Source: Podarcis erhardii
Lineage: Eukaryota
Reading direction: 5' to 3' (one strand)
DNA: 64,000 nt
NCBI GenBank assembly: GCA_964252035.1
Contig: OZ176200.1
In this document: positions 20,561-38,400 of the stretch, one piece after another
How the letters are laid out: each line of letters begins with the position of its first letter
Numbering within the stretch: the stretch's first letter is position 1
Position numbers and translations under genes: made by a program
Notes under the pieces: generated by a model
What the model was told of the DNA's origin: nothing
Databases searched by the model: none
Seen by the model: only the letters and a program-made list of their open reading frames with translations

Positions 20561-21258
20561 GAGGTGCGGTTTCCTTTGCTGTAAGTGGCATCTTGCGACG
20601 CAAAGAACAAAGTTGTTGCACTCATTGCTGTATATTGGTTTCGGAAATGCTAAAAAGAGTAATATCCTGGATGGGGATGTGTGTCTGAAGCGGGCTTTCC
20701 CTTAAAATGAATGAAACACAGAGCTGTGCTTCTTGGGCAATTACGGCAGTTGGAGGCTAGTGGCGCCCCATAAAAAAGCCACTGTGAACGAGATTACACC
20801 CAGCGGAACCTACTGCAAAGAAAAAAGCTTTTGCCAGTTCAGAGCAGTATTGTATAACAAGCAGTTTTGTAGCATAATGCCTTAAGTGGTGGTGCAATTT
20901 ATCTCCAAAAAGCTACTGCAAGGGTGGTGGGGACCGTAAGAGATGGATTTTTAGCATGAGCGGATCTAGGCTCTTCTTTTAGGAACATTAAGGTAAAGAG
21001 CTTTTCAGCTGTTCTTTCAGGCTCAAGATCACTGAAAGCAAACAAGAGTGGTGCTTTACCCTACGCTCCACTTCAGATCTTCTGTAACCTTCAGACCACA
21101 AATACAACCCAAACAGGAAACTGGCGAGATACAGAGTGATACCAGCCTCCTGCCCACCTGCATGAGTAGAGCCATTAATAAAGGGAAGAACACAGAAGAC
21201 ATAGAAACCTTCCCTTGATTTTTCTTTCTCTGGTGCAGGACTAGGCGGCTGGAGGGAA

Positions 21259-23565
21259 ATGAACTGGAGATTATATTACAGAGTCTCTGCAGGAAAGCAT
21301 GCACTTTGTGCTGAAAGTTTTCAGAGACCAATAGGTAAGTAACAATCTAATACAGAAGAATACGAATGAACTGGAAGGGGCATATCAGATTTTGGAAGAG
21401 TTAGGAGAGCTAAGACCTGGAATGGAAAAGCTTACAGGTACTCAGGGAGATTGTTGGCATATTTAGTATAAATAGGAAAGTTGAATATTGGGAGGATTCT
21501 TACAGTGCATCAGACCGTTGGCTGAGCACTCTGACAGACAACTGCTCTCCAAGTTCTCAGGTGGACAGAGGCCTTGGCCCTGCTACCTGAGATAACTAGA
21601 GATGCCGGGGACATTGTGCATGGAAAACATACGGTCTACTACTGAGCCAAGGTGTTTCCTCTATGAACCAATTTAGAGTAGGTAATTTTTTACATCTACT
21701 GTATCTGTAGAACACTTTTAGCCTGCAGAATGGTTTATAACTCACATCCTCCGAGGAGCCATATGAAGGAAGTGCAGTAAAATGTAACCTCAGACTTTTG
21801 CAGTGTATCCCCCTTTATCCCCTTTTGTTGCATACAGTGTGAGTCTCCTTTGGAGCAAAACCCTGTTGCTTTGTCTATACAACTGCATGAGGAGATACTT
21901 AGTAATAATTTATGTTCTTCAGCAAATACTAGTCATATATAATACAAGGCTGGGGAACCTTTCCCACTCTCCAGGGCTCCATTTGCCGGGGGAGGAGTAG
22001 TCAAGGCCGTACACCTGTAGTGTTTGGGGCCAAGGCCAAAAGAAGGCAGGGTCAAAGCATACATAGACACTCACATCCCATTCACAAACCTACATACATA
22101 CTGTGGTACCTTGGTTTACAAACTTAATCCATTCCGGAAGTCCATTCTTAAACCGAGGCACACTTTCCCTAATGAGGCCTCCTGCCGGAGGTGCCCTTCC
22201 ACCATTCAGATTCCGTTCTTAGACCGAGGTAATGTTCACAAACCGCGACACTACTTCCAGTTTTGAGGAATTCGTAAGCCGAATCGTTGGTAAACAGGAC
22301 TGTTCTTAAACCAAGGTACCACTGTACATAACACGTGCACATATACACACTGTATCAGGCCGCCAGTGTAGTGCCCTCTCTTCACCAGACAGGTTGGTCA
22401 ATGATCAGGAAGCATCAGAGTCATAGTTCAACAACCTCTGAAGAGCACCACGTTCTGCTTGCATGGCTTCTGTGCTACATGCTGAGAAAGGGACCCCCCT
22501 TTCTCCATGCTCAGCCCAGGAACTGCCAATGGGGGAAGAAAGTAATCTCTTCCTTCAGAAGCAACTCAATTAACTTTTGTGCTGCACAGTGTAAAAGGGA
22601 CTCCTTTTCTCACTGTGCAGGATAAAAATGCACCACACTGCCCATGAAGGAAGGACTGCTCAGCTCAGCTCATGGGCAGCTCAGCAGCAGGACTCAGCCA
22701 TGTTCCCTCTTCCCCACTACAGAGCAGTAATTTTCAGTAAGCTGAGCAGCACAGGGCAGCGGGAGGTTTTCCTAGAATCATAGAATCATAGAGTTGGAAG
22801 AGACCACAAGGGCCATTGAGTCCAACCCCCTGCCAAGCAGGAAACACCATCAGAGCACTCCTGACATATGGTTGTCAAGCCTCTGCTTAAAGACCTCCAA
22901 AGAAGGAGACTCCACCACACTCCTTGGCAGCAAATTCCACTGTCGAACAGCTCTTACTGTCAGGAAGTTCTTCCTAATGTTTAGGTGGAATCCTCACCTC
23001 ACTATGATCTGTTCTCCCTGGGCTACTTCACGGATTGAATATTACAGCTCAGCAGTGGGGCTGGGGGCAGGGCGGAAGGGGGCTGAGTAGATGGATCTGG
23101 ATGTGGGAAAAGACTGGCAAGCCAAAGGGGAATTCCTGTGGACCACACCTGGATTATGAAGTGAAGGTTCCCTACCCCGAAATAAAGGTTTAATTAACTA
23201 AATTAGGGTTAATCATATTGCCCCCACTTTACTTGTGAGTAAGCCTCATTAAATTTAATAGGACTTCTTAGTAGACATCATTGGGATTGCACTGTCAAAT
23301 GGGTTTTCTATTTCTCAGTGAAATTTCATATAACCAACTATTACAAGCCCTGCATTTGAAAATGGTTGTTATGTTTTATAGGATGGAGGAATTGCTGGAT
23401 ATGTTCCCAGCAACATTATTATGGGAATTTTTCTGGTTCTATGGCCTGCAAAAAACTGCTCCTAACTTCATTGAAACCCACCTTCTTCTTTCCAAATGGA
23501 AATCTTTTCTTTCAAAGAACTACAGAAAGCAGAACAGAAAAGATTGCAAATACCTATGGAGTGAG
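21259..23565 (+). CDS. SIRT3: Probable SIRT3 N-terminal (mitochondrial leader) exons
   Basis: Exon 21239-21334 has an acceptor after a long pyrimidine tract, an ATG at 21259 (MNWRLYYRVSAGKHALCAESFQRPIG) and donor AG|GTAAGT in phase 1. Exon 23382-23565 reads WRNCWICSQQ...IANTYGVR with donor AG|GTATGA in phase 2, which joins in frame to 23945. This gives a 389-aa SIRT3. There is no homology support for this part. Confidence 0.6.
22101..22324. mobile_element. Tc1/mariner-type MITE, related subfamily
   Basis: Termini CTGTGGTACCTTGG and CCAAGGTACCACTG with TA flanks; similar length (224 bp) and shared motifs in the opposite orientation. Confidence 0.8.
22773..22995 (-). mobile_element. CR1 LINE 3' end
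   Basis: Begins with the reverse complement of the (ATTCTATG)n tail, TAGAATCATAGAATCATAGAGTTGGAAG, followed by typical CR1 3' sequence. Confidence 0.85.
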
Positions 23566-23944
23566 GTATGATATCCTTTCTCCTGCTCATTTTGACTTTG
23601 AATTCTGCCACCTTCCTTCACAAAACGTGCTTGGGACGCTTGTATTCATTTGTGTTTCTCTACCTTATCCCATAAGAATATAAGAATCTCCTTGACTTAA
23701 AGTGCGCTCCTGGTTCTTCCTTTGCAGCTGTGGCTTCAGTTATTTTTGAATTCAAGCAAAGGAAGTGTTGAGAGCACACTTTAAGTCATACGACACCAGA
23801 CACAGGACGAGTAAAGCCACATTGTTGAAAACAATGCCAATTCACTGCTAATATGAACTGAGGGAGTTTTCTCCCAGTAATCTCGTTCTGGTGAATGGCA
23901 TTTGAATGTGTTTCTTTGTAACCCGTTGCATATGTTGCTGGCAG

Positions 23945-28779
<4,835 letters not shown>

Positions 28780-29454
28780 GAAATCTGACCCCTGCTGTTG
28801 GAAATGATGTTTACCTCCTAAAGGACTGTTCACTACAGCCAAAGGTTACAGCAATAAGAGCAGAGAACTGGAGGAAAATATGCTCTCCACTGTGCTAGCA
28901 CCCAGTAGGTTAGAAGAACTAAAAATCATTCAGAGAGTCTAGTTGCACATGGATGTCCTCTGAAGGATCTTGGGAGATGATCAAATGGCAGGTTGTGAAT
29001 TTGCTTTTGCGTAAGAGGCTCTAGATACCAGAGTGGAAGATGAAGATGTACATTATAGCTGCTACTTCTCATTAAACTTCACCTCTTAAGCTGTTTCTCC
29101 AAACAAACTCTTCAAATGTTTTCTAAACCATCATAGATCTTGTGGTGTTGCACTAGTAGCTTTAGCTGCAATAGCATTCATCACAGTTATGCTGAATCTG
29201 ACATTGTACCAACTTGTGAAAGAATTTGGATTAGGCCAACTTTAATAACTAAGCTTAGAAGTTTGACTGTTCAGTCAGTGTGTCTTCTGCTGTAGCTTCC
29301 GTGAAGATCAATCTGAAAGCTGATATTCTAAAAATAATTTGATGTATTAATATTCGGTGTATCATTTATGTAACATGAAAAGATAAGGTTTGTGTAACTA
29401 CAATTTTAGCAAGGACAACAATGAAAAGTGTAGTGAAGCTGCTGTTTGAACTTG

Positions 29455-29494
29455 AATAAACACTTATTGAGTGGCAATAATTAGTGAAAATAAA
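29455..29494 (+). terminator. Candidate polyadenylation signals of SIRT3
   Basis: Two AATAAA hexamers at 29455-29460 and 29489-29494, followed by T/GT-rich sequence. Confidence 0.5.
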
Positions 29495-30214
29495 AGCATG
29501 TTTCAGCAGTCTCAATATTCTGTCTGCAGATTTCTCAGTATTTAAATTCTAAACTTGTATTTTCTGTCCTTGAATTCATTTAATGGGGAAAAAAGTATTG
29601 TGGGCATCATTCACACAATTGTCCGACATTTTTCTGGGTGTTATTCAGCATCTTTGAATGACAGGCTTTTATCTGTTTAAAAGAGATGCTGGGCTTCTGG
29701 GTTTCTTCTTTCATTATGTCCTTGTTGACAAAGAGATGAAAGGAAGCTCTGGGTGGTTCGAACAGTGTTATTTGTAGTGTTACTCTGAATTAACATTGAA
29801 ATTGTGGAACCTATTAAATCTAGTACTGCTACTTTATGAACTTCAAATCACCATGAAGATGCAAGCACCACTTTGTACATGTCAAGTGTGTGTAGCTTAA
29901 TATTAACTTTGTGGTTGTGCCATCCAATAACCATGTACGCCAAGGATTACCCTCTGCTTTTAGGAATTGTGACTAGTTTGCTCCCCCAATTTGAAGAACT
30001 CTACTTATTTCTCTCCAATTACAATCAACCTCAGAGGCTGGATCCCCCCGCCCCCAAGCTCTATTTTTGGCAAGGCCGTTTTTGCAAAGAGCTGATAATT
30101 TGAATGTGCTAACAGATTTGTTTATATGAATGTGTGAGTCAAATATTGGATTGGAAAGCTTTTGAATTTAGGATAAGCCATTCAAATGAGACATTTTGAT
30201 CACCAGCCCTGCTA

Positions 30215-30216
<2 letters not shown>

Positions 30217-30247
<31 letters not shown>
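30217..30247. repeat. (GT)n microsatellite
   Basis: Read directly. Confidence 0.95.
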
Positions 30248-30253
<6 letters not shown>

Positions 30254-30289
30254 ATATACTGTCACTTCTTGCTTGCCTTTTCTCCAAAC

Positions 30290-30690
30290 TAAAAACGCTG
30301 CAACATTTCCTTACATGCAATATTGTTTTTGAGGTGAGGCAACCAGGACAGTACAGTACACAGTATTTAAAATGTTGTTGCACCCAAGATTTGTATAATA
30401 GCAGTTTTATTTTCAGCTCCTTTCCTAATGCTCTCTAGCATGGAATTTGCCTTTTTCACAGCTGCAGCACAGTGGAGCAGCATCTTCCATGGAGCCATAC
30501 ACTTCAACCCCAAGATGTTCCTGGTCACTTTTAGTTTAGAACCCATGAGCATACACATGAAGTTAATTTGACTTTTTGGTCCTGATATACATCATTTTAC
30601 ACTTGCTTCCACTGAATTGCTTTTGCCCTTTCATTCAGTTTGGAGAATCGTTTTGGAATTCTTCATAATCTTTGTTTTAATGACCCTGAA
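30290..30690 (-). mobile_element. Degenerate CR1 LINE fragment
   Basis: The reverse strand reads AAVKKANSMLESIRKGAENKTA, a CR1 RT-downstream motif. Confidence 0.7.
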
Positions 30691-32402
30691 CAATTTTATT
30701 TTAATGACAAATTAAAGACAAAAGGAATATCAGTGGCCATAAGGCATGATGGCTACATGAACAACAGGGGAAGGCTTGGTTGTGGGCTTCCTGCAAGTGC
30801 CTGATGATCACTCTGGGAAACAGGATACTAGGCAGACCTTTGGTCTGATGTGCAGACCTTCAATTAGTTTCATTGTGTTGAAACGTAAGTGATTAATAAC
30901 CTTTTAACTATATATTAGGAGGATGGGGTATGCAGAAGAGTCATAATTACACTCAATGTTAGTTTGTGGAGATAACCCTAAGTTTCCAACATTTTCAGAG
31001 GCAGCTAGAAGATCATCCAGTCCGATGCAATGGGCGGGATACTCCACATATGTTATCACTACAGATTGACTGATAAGACACCAACGGCCTCAGTGAGGTT
31101 TAGTTTGTTGAAAGCACAGAAAGTTCCACCGCTCACCCACATGGCATTGTGCTTGAGTACAACACTACTATAACTGGACTCCTTCCAGTTTGGCTGCAGT
31201 TACATTGCCAAGAAATTAATTTCTAATTGCTCAGATACAATGACCCAAATAATCAACAGATGCACACATATTGTTATCTGAAGGCTTCATTTATTCTAGT
31301 GAAAATCTTTATATTTGTGCTAAGTTCAGAAACTGTTGGCAAAGTTGGAAACAAAGTAGGAGATGGGGGCTGCTTTTTTTAAACAGAAAAGCCTATGATC
31401 AGGATGAAGGTACATAACAGGGTGAATGCAGAGTGCTACGGATATAGGGGAACTGAAGCAGATTTAGAGTGAGGTTAAGCAATTGGTCACCGCCTTTTGT
31501 CTGAAGAGCACAGAGAGTGAGAGTAGTCCAGAAACTAAACATGGTAGAAAGAGGAACGTGGTGTCAAGGTTATAGTGAGGATTAGAAGCCTCCTGGCCCC
31601 AAATTATCAGCAAACGCAAACATTAATGTCACTGTGAGCAAAGGATATCTCAGAGTTTTGCACATTATCTCAGATAATGGACACATACCGCACATATACA
31701 TACTTTTTCAACAATGCACGTTTCCTTACCTGCATGTTTCCATACACATGTAATGTGTCTTAAAGGAACTGCCTAAAAATGTGACTGATTGCCACACACA
31801 TTGCACTTATATGCCTCCAGGAGTATGCTTTCTTGCATTTCACATGTAAAAAAAATGCAGGCTTCTCATTGTTCACACATTTCTATAATATGCCCCAGTC
31901 GTGTATGCAAATAGACATTTACATTTGCCAAGAGTATCCGTGTGTTTTAAACACCACCACGCTGTATGGTTGCTGCATTATGTGCTTTGCACAAGTATCA
32001 ATGCACGCGCGCACACATATATATCACCAGTGTGTATCACATTTTAGTCCCATACAAGTAGCTCTGCAGTGCACTCACAGCACCCTTAAGTGCTACTAAA
32101 CCTCCTTGATATAATAAGAGATTGCCCTTCCATCCATGAAATTTCTGCTCAAAAATCCTTGGAATTGGAGTGTAATAATCTTGTGGACACAGAGGGAAAA
32201 CAGATCAAAAGAGCTAAGCTGTAAAGAGCTCTCTAAGGTAGGAGTGTTATAGAGCTAGAGAAGAAACAGATGTTATACCACTCTGGGCGGTGGAGATCCA
32301 TCCCATAGGAAGTCCTTTCTTGGGACTGGTCTCCTGATACAGCACCTGTTACAGAGAGAGAACAGAGGGTCCATAGGTTTTTGAGGAACAGGAAATGTTT
32401 TT

Positions 32403-35400
32403 TCAGTCCAATTCCAAGTCAGAGTCAGATGATAACCTCTCCTCAGATATCTGATGGACAGCATCCTCCAAGGAGGTTACATTGAGAGAGGTTAAATTGC
32501 CATCTGGATTGACCCCCATTGGTTGGATGACTCGTTGTCTGCAATGGAAAGGAGAAATAGCACAGTCAGAGAGGGGCTCCTCATGATAACATTCTTAGAG
32601 AAACCATCAAGGGGAAGCCTACATTAAGGACAGACCAGTAGTATGCCCACTTTGAGAAATGTAATTCATTTGTTGATCCTAGCAGAAATAGTACAAAATA
32701 CATACCACCACCAGTAAAAACAGCCCCAACCCTTCCTCAGTTTGGCATCTGGTACATGTGCTGACACTGCTTTGCTCACATCCAGAATATAAATACTTGC
32801 ACCATGGACAAATCCTATTTGCTCAACTACAGATGTTGCGCTATTAACATTTCTAGAAGAGAATTTGAAGCTTTTGGATGAGATTCAATTACTACTGGTT
32901 TTATATGACAATCTACAATAACCCAACAATCTACAGATCATCAGGTTGTTAGGCAGATTTCTTTTCAGACACCTAAGACTGGAGATTGTAGGAACTGAAT
33001 CTGGTGCCATTGGCAAAGCATGTGCTCAGTCACTGAGCTACCTTTAAGGATCAAGTGGAATGACTTTTCCACTGCTTTTCTATCTCCCAGGGCCCTTTTA
33101 ATCCATCAAGGGAACTTAGTCAGTGGATTCCAAATATGAAGAACATTTTCCAGTCATAAATATTCTTCAGGAGAAACTACTAAGCAACAACAAATGAATC
33201 CAATCAGAATGTAGATTTCTTAATCCCATTTAATCAAATGTAAATGAAATACTGTATAATCAGTGTGTCAAATCTAAGAGTGCTGTTTAGATTTCTTGGG
33301 TAGAGAGGATGTAATCTCCATATTTGGCCAGAAAGCAGTTTTTCATGCTCAGAAACCTGAACAGAACTGCCTACATTCTGACTGAAATCATTTTATATGA
33401 TGAACCATTTCCACTGAAAGGAAAAATATTTTTTTGTTTGAAACTCAGTGGGAAATGTGGAGACTAGCTTGCTAATGAAGGCTTTTCCTTCATTTTACGG
33501 TGCACTGGAGCTCTATTTTTGGCTTCATCGCTAGCTAAAGGGCACATTAGCCATGCACCAAATGCTAATTATCAGCCTTTCTGAACCTTCATGACATACA
33601 TCCTGGAAAAGTATAAGGGTGTGATTTTCAGAGAAGTTAAGGTCCAAATGCAAGTTTGTAACAATGCTAAAATTACACTGGAAACACAGGAAGTGATTGC
33701 TCCAAAATCTTTCTCCGCTAATCTAGCTGGAAAATGCCTCAGGGGTCCTTCTGATTAGGCCACGCCAGCAGCAAAAGAAAGTGACATTGTAGTGGAAATA
33801 CCATTAATGAAATGCTCAGACTAGCATCTGTCTGTCTAATGCACACTGGAAACATGGGGCATCTGTATAAATAGACTGGCGGCTGCTCAGCAAGATGTCA
33901 TTTGAACTCCTTAGGTAGATCCTGGACTCCTGCCCGCACTACTCTTAAATGATGTATGAACAACTACTGTAGAGTGAATGCCTGCTGGGAAGGAGAATGG
34001 GTGGCATTAGCTGCCATCTGCCTTTGCAATAGTACTTCCTACTAGCAGCTAGCCAGAGTTATCACTACATAGCCTGCAGAATGAACTTTGTGGAGATGAC
34101 ATTCAAATGTATACTGTAGGTAAGTGGTGTGCAATCCCCCAGGGTGCAGATTTCCATTATTCCCAGTCATCACACCCAGTTTATCCAAGGCGTTCATTTT
34201 CCAGCACAGATGAACCACCACCTAGAGCACTGATTTTGGGTTCCACTCCCCCCCCAGGATTCTAGAAAATTTCTGCTTTAATATTAAAACAAATATTTCC
34301 AATCCTCATTGTTGAGGAAGAAACTTAATAATACATGGTCAACATTTTCCATGCCCTGCTACTCTAGTTCCAGTAGTCAAAAGGCCAGAATACCAGCACC
34401 CTTTTGGTATGGTCACCTGTCATTGCCTTCCTGTTGCTTGCCACTAAGTTCAACATAATTCTCCTAGTCCACTAGCAGTTACAAAACAGTCTAAATGGTT
34501 TTTTAAAAATGAGATGCACACTATTTCATTCCAGGAACCACATTTGAAGCCAATGAGTGAAGCTCTACTGTCACCAAATGATGGAAATCCAGTGTAGCTG
34601 TTGGCTACCATGAGAGAGGAGGGAAAGGCAACAGGGAGCTTGACACAGTGCATAGATTGGCACCCACACTGTGCTGAGCTCCCTGCTGCCATGCTCTTAG
34701 TAACTTACAGTGATGCACAGCATTGGGAAGCCAAGACAGCAATGCTACCCCCATCAGCCACCACTGATGGCAGGGCAGTACTTCACTCCCTTTGATTCGT
34801 TCAGACAATTGGTTCCACTTCATTCCCATTCAGTGACTGTTAACACATAATGGCTTAATGGACAAAATCATATTGATATCCTGTGCTACCTAACAGGCTC
34901 ATGGCTGTTTTCAATGGCCTTTCTTGATGTTAATAGTCCTCTTTCCTAGGAGCTCACAATCTAAGACAGTCCAATGATTTGGAGGATAAAAGAGGTCAAA
35001 TGTAAGTCAACAATTCAGAAATTATTCGTTTGAAGTCACAATGAGCTTGGAATTTCAGAACCTTCCGATTTTAACTGGTTGACCTCTTTTAGCCTGCTCT
35101 TCAAACTGCTGACCCACTTCCAGATAAATCTATCTCATGGTACCTTGAGAGTTTGTCAAACATGTTCACCAGTTTCATTGCTTCAACCTCTTTCTGCTCA
35201 TCTGTCATCCCCTCCATTGGGTTGGGAAGCTTCTCCTCCACACGTCCCGTTATAGGGTTAATGCTGTACAAGTCAGTCAAAACAACAACACACAGAAAGA
35301 AGGCAGAAGCATGTTCATTTGAAAGGCAGATATATTAACCACTGGCATAATGACTGTTGACTGTACCAGAGATGTAGCAAACATTCTTCAACACTACATG

Positions 35401-38400
35401 CTACCTAAGACCAAATACTACTAAAAATTGAAAATGGCACAGGATTCTTGCTAGGGCAAGTGGCAATCCACCTACTGACATGCATGCCAGTTTTGATCCC
35501 CATTTGGACTGGCTATCGTGGAAGCAGGGGAAGAGGTGGTTAGCAGCCCAGCAATCTAGTGCTATAATTCACATGCCTATTACAGACATACACCTTTAAC
35601 ATGAGAATACAAGGTGCTTTTGTGTCTCTATCCCCAAAGTGTCCAGAATAGCACTCTTGACTCAATTCAGTTCAATCTTATCCCTCTCACTGTTCAGGTT
35701 CTAATCTTCACCCCTTTCCCAGTAATGTTCACTTCTCCCTCCTCTGAATTTCAATAGTCCCTACTTTAATAAATTTTCTATATGTGCAAATACATTCAAA
35801 TGTATCACAATATAAATGATGAGCAGGGGAAAATGGGAAGGGGTAGCAGAAGAAAAGAACATTGACATGGGATTGTGAAGTTTGTGCTAATAAAACAGTT
35901 AACCAAAGAAATCCGCAAGATGGATTTAATTGTGAATGATGGAAATTCTGTATATATTTGGAATACAAGGGAGAATCATCTGCTAATGAAGGGGATGGGA
36001 CAAGGGATAGGAAGAGAGAAAGCTACTAAGAAAAATGGGAGTGGGGAGGAGTCAGAACCTCTTTCATGACATAAAAGCTTTTGTACATACAGCCACCTAT
36101 AAATGGAGTTCAAAACAAAGGTTTGTGATGCTCTGCAGCAGATTATAGGGGAAAGCTGTTGGTCTAGACATGCAACTGTGAAGTCATGGCAGGCAGTGAA
36201 TAAGGCCATTAGGCATGGAAGCAGATAACCACAGTATTAAACACAGGGAAATGAACATCATGCCAATAAGAAAGCTGGAAAGAAAAAAAATGAGTAATGG
36301 GTTGAGTGAGGAAAAGTTAACAAGAAAAGGACTTGTGCCAAAAGTAGAAGAAAAGACAATACTTAAGGAAGCAATGCATACAAGGGGGTCCATACTTGGG
36401 TTTTGCCTCCTTGTATTCCTCTGTGTCGGTGTCTTCATCCTCAGAGTATTCTCCTTCTGTCCGACCTCCTGTCATGAGGCCTCGGGCTGCCAGGAGCCCC
36501 GCAGCATTCCCATATCCCGTGTACTTCACAAACCGTGACACTGTTGAGGAAAATAAAGGCAAAAGGGTCACATTCTTCTGCTGCTACAGAAACAATCTGG
36601 ATAAGAATGCTGAATTCAAATGATCATAAAACCCACTCTTGCTTACTGGACCACCTTTCAAGGAAATGATTTCTTTCAAGCCTCTCAAGTCTGTAAGTCA
36701 CATTCAGAGCTGCTTCACTTCAACTCTTTTGCTTCTCACTCTCCACCTGATGTACAGGCCCAGGGAATCCCCTTACCCCTGTAGCAGCAGGGAACCCAGC
36801 TTCTTTGACCGTTAAATATATTTGTATTACTTTTACCTCAAGCAAATATAATATCCACACTAGAAGAAATGTGTGAAATGTCATATGGGACTGGTTGTAG
36901 GCATCTATGGGCTGGTGCATGTATTTGGAGGGAAACAGTCACTTTGCAAAGGAAAAATATGGAAAACTGTTGCCATTGTCCTAACATTCAGCAAAAAGAG
37001 TGATTTAATTGTGAAGTGAGGCCCTTTGATTGAACTTGAGAGAGAATATGTATGTGGCTATCAAAGCTTAAGTTTGGAATTCCTCCCTTTTTACAACAAG
37101 TATTTTTCTTTCCTAAGTGTATCTCTAGTCAGTGAATGTTTAGGGTGAATTATTTGGTTCTGTTTCATTCCACCCTTACCCAGGCAATATGTAATTTTGC
37201 CTTATGACTCACAAGTGAATTGCCTCAGCTCTTAGCAGCCAAGCCACCATTAAAACGTATTCTGCCTGTCTACCCCAGTGCTTTGAATCTTTCAGCAGTT
37301 ACGTAGTTGGATGGATCAGTCTATTCATTCAATTGCTTTTTCAGACAGTCAATGTTACAAGACATTGTAACATATAATGTCAGACATACAATGTTACAAG
37401 ACAACCTTCACTAGATGAAATAGAACATGGAAAGGCACACACCACTCTCCTTGCAGAGAACAAAGAGGAATTCCGCAGCACAGTGCTTGACATCAGTGTC
37501 AATGTGAGTCATGAGGCGCACAAGCTTATTTCTCAACAAGTTCCCCACCTCCGGTCTATTTTTCACATCCCGCAGTGGAGGGAGTACCTGCAATCCCATG
37601 GAAAGGGAAGAGTTATTTTAAAAGGCCTTCCTGTTACGTTGGGTTTCATAAGGCCCTGTAAGTATTTCTCCAAAAGTGCCACTACATCTTTGCAGAAACC
37701 ATCATGGTGATTTTGCCACTTTTACATTAGGCAGACACATGCCCATTCACACTCATATAGCAAGGGAGTGCACAACTTCAAAGCATTTTTCAAAACAACA
37801 GGATCACACACAATCTTGGGAGACAATTTCAGTATTTCTGCAGTATATATTTCCAGAATGATGGCACAGGTGGGGCTTGCCTTACATTTTTGCTGGATCA
37901 ATGGAAGTATTATTGCTTAGGATCCTACGTAATTTAAATACAGTACCTTAGCTTTAAGGAATTTCCTGGTCTGCCGATGGGCTCGAGCACTCTCAGTCAG
38001 CAAGTTCAGCACAGGGGTCAGGCTCTCCTTAAGCTTGTGACCCTATAGAAGAGCCCACAAAAAAAGAAGGCAGTAATAATAATAATAATCACAGCCATGT
38101 TGTTTCCCATGTAGGGAAAAAATACTGTACATCAGAGTACAATTTTTTTATGGAAGGATCTAAAAACACTAGTTTCCTTTTTCTGAAACAGAGCAGATAA
38201 ATGACAGCTCAGCTGCAGGCAACATCATAGTAAATCATCAGAGTAGATCAGGCATCCCCAACCCTTGGCTCTCCAGATGTTTTGGACTACAATTCCCATC
38301 ATCCCTGACCACTGGTCGTTAGCTAGGGAACATGGGAGTTGTAGGCCAAAACATCTGGAGGGCCGCAGGTTGGGGATGCCTGGAGTAGATTATAGGCATA

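Noticed and set aside
20983-20992. Possible 10-nt coding microexon of SIRT3 (AG|GAACATTAAG|GT)
   Set aside because: In the phase needed to join the next coding exon it contains TAA; at most it is 5'UTR.
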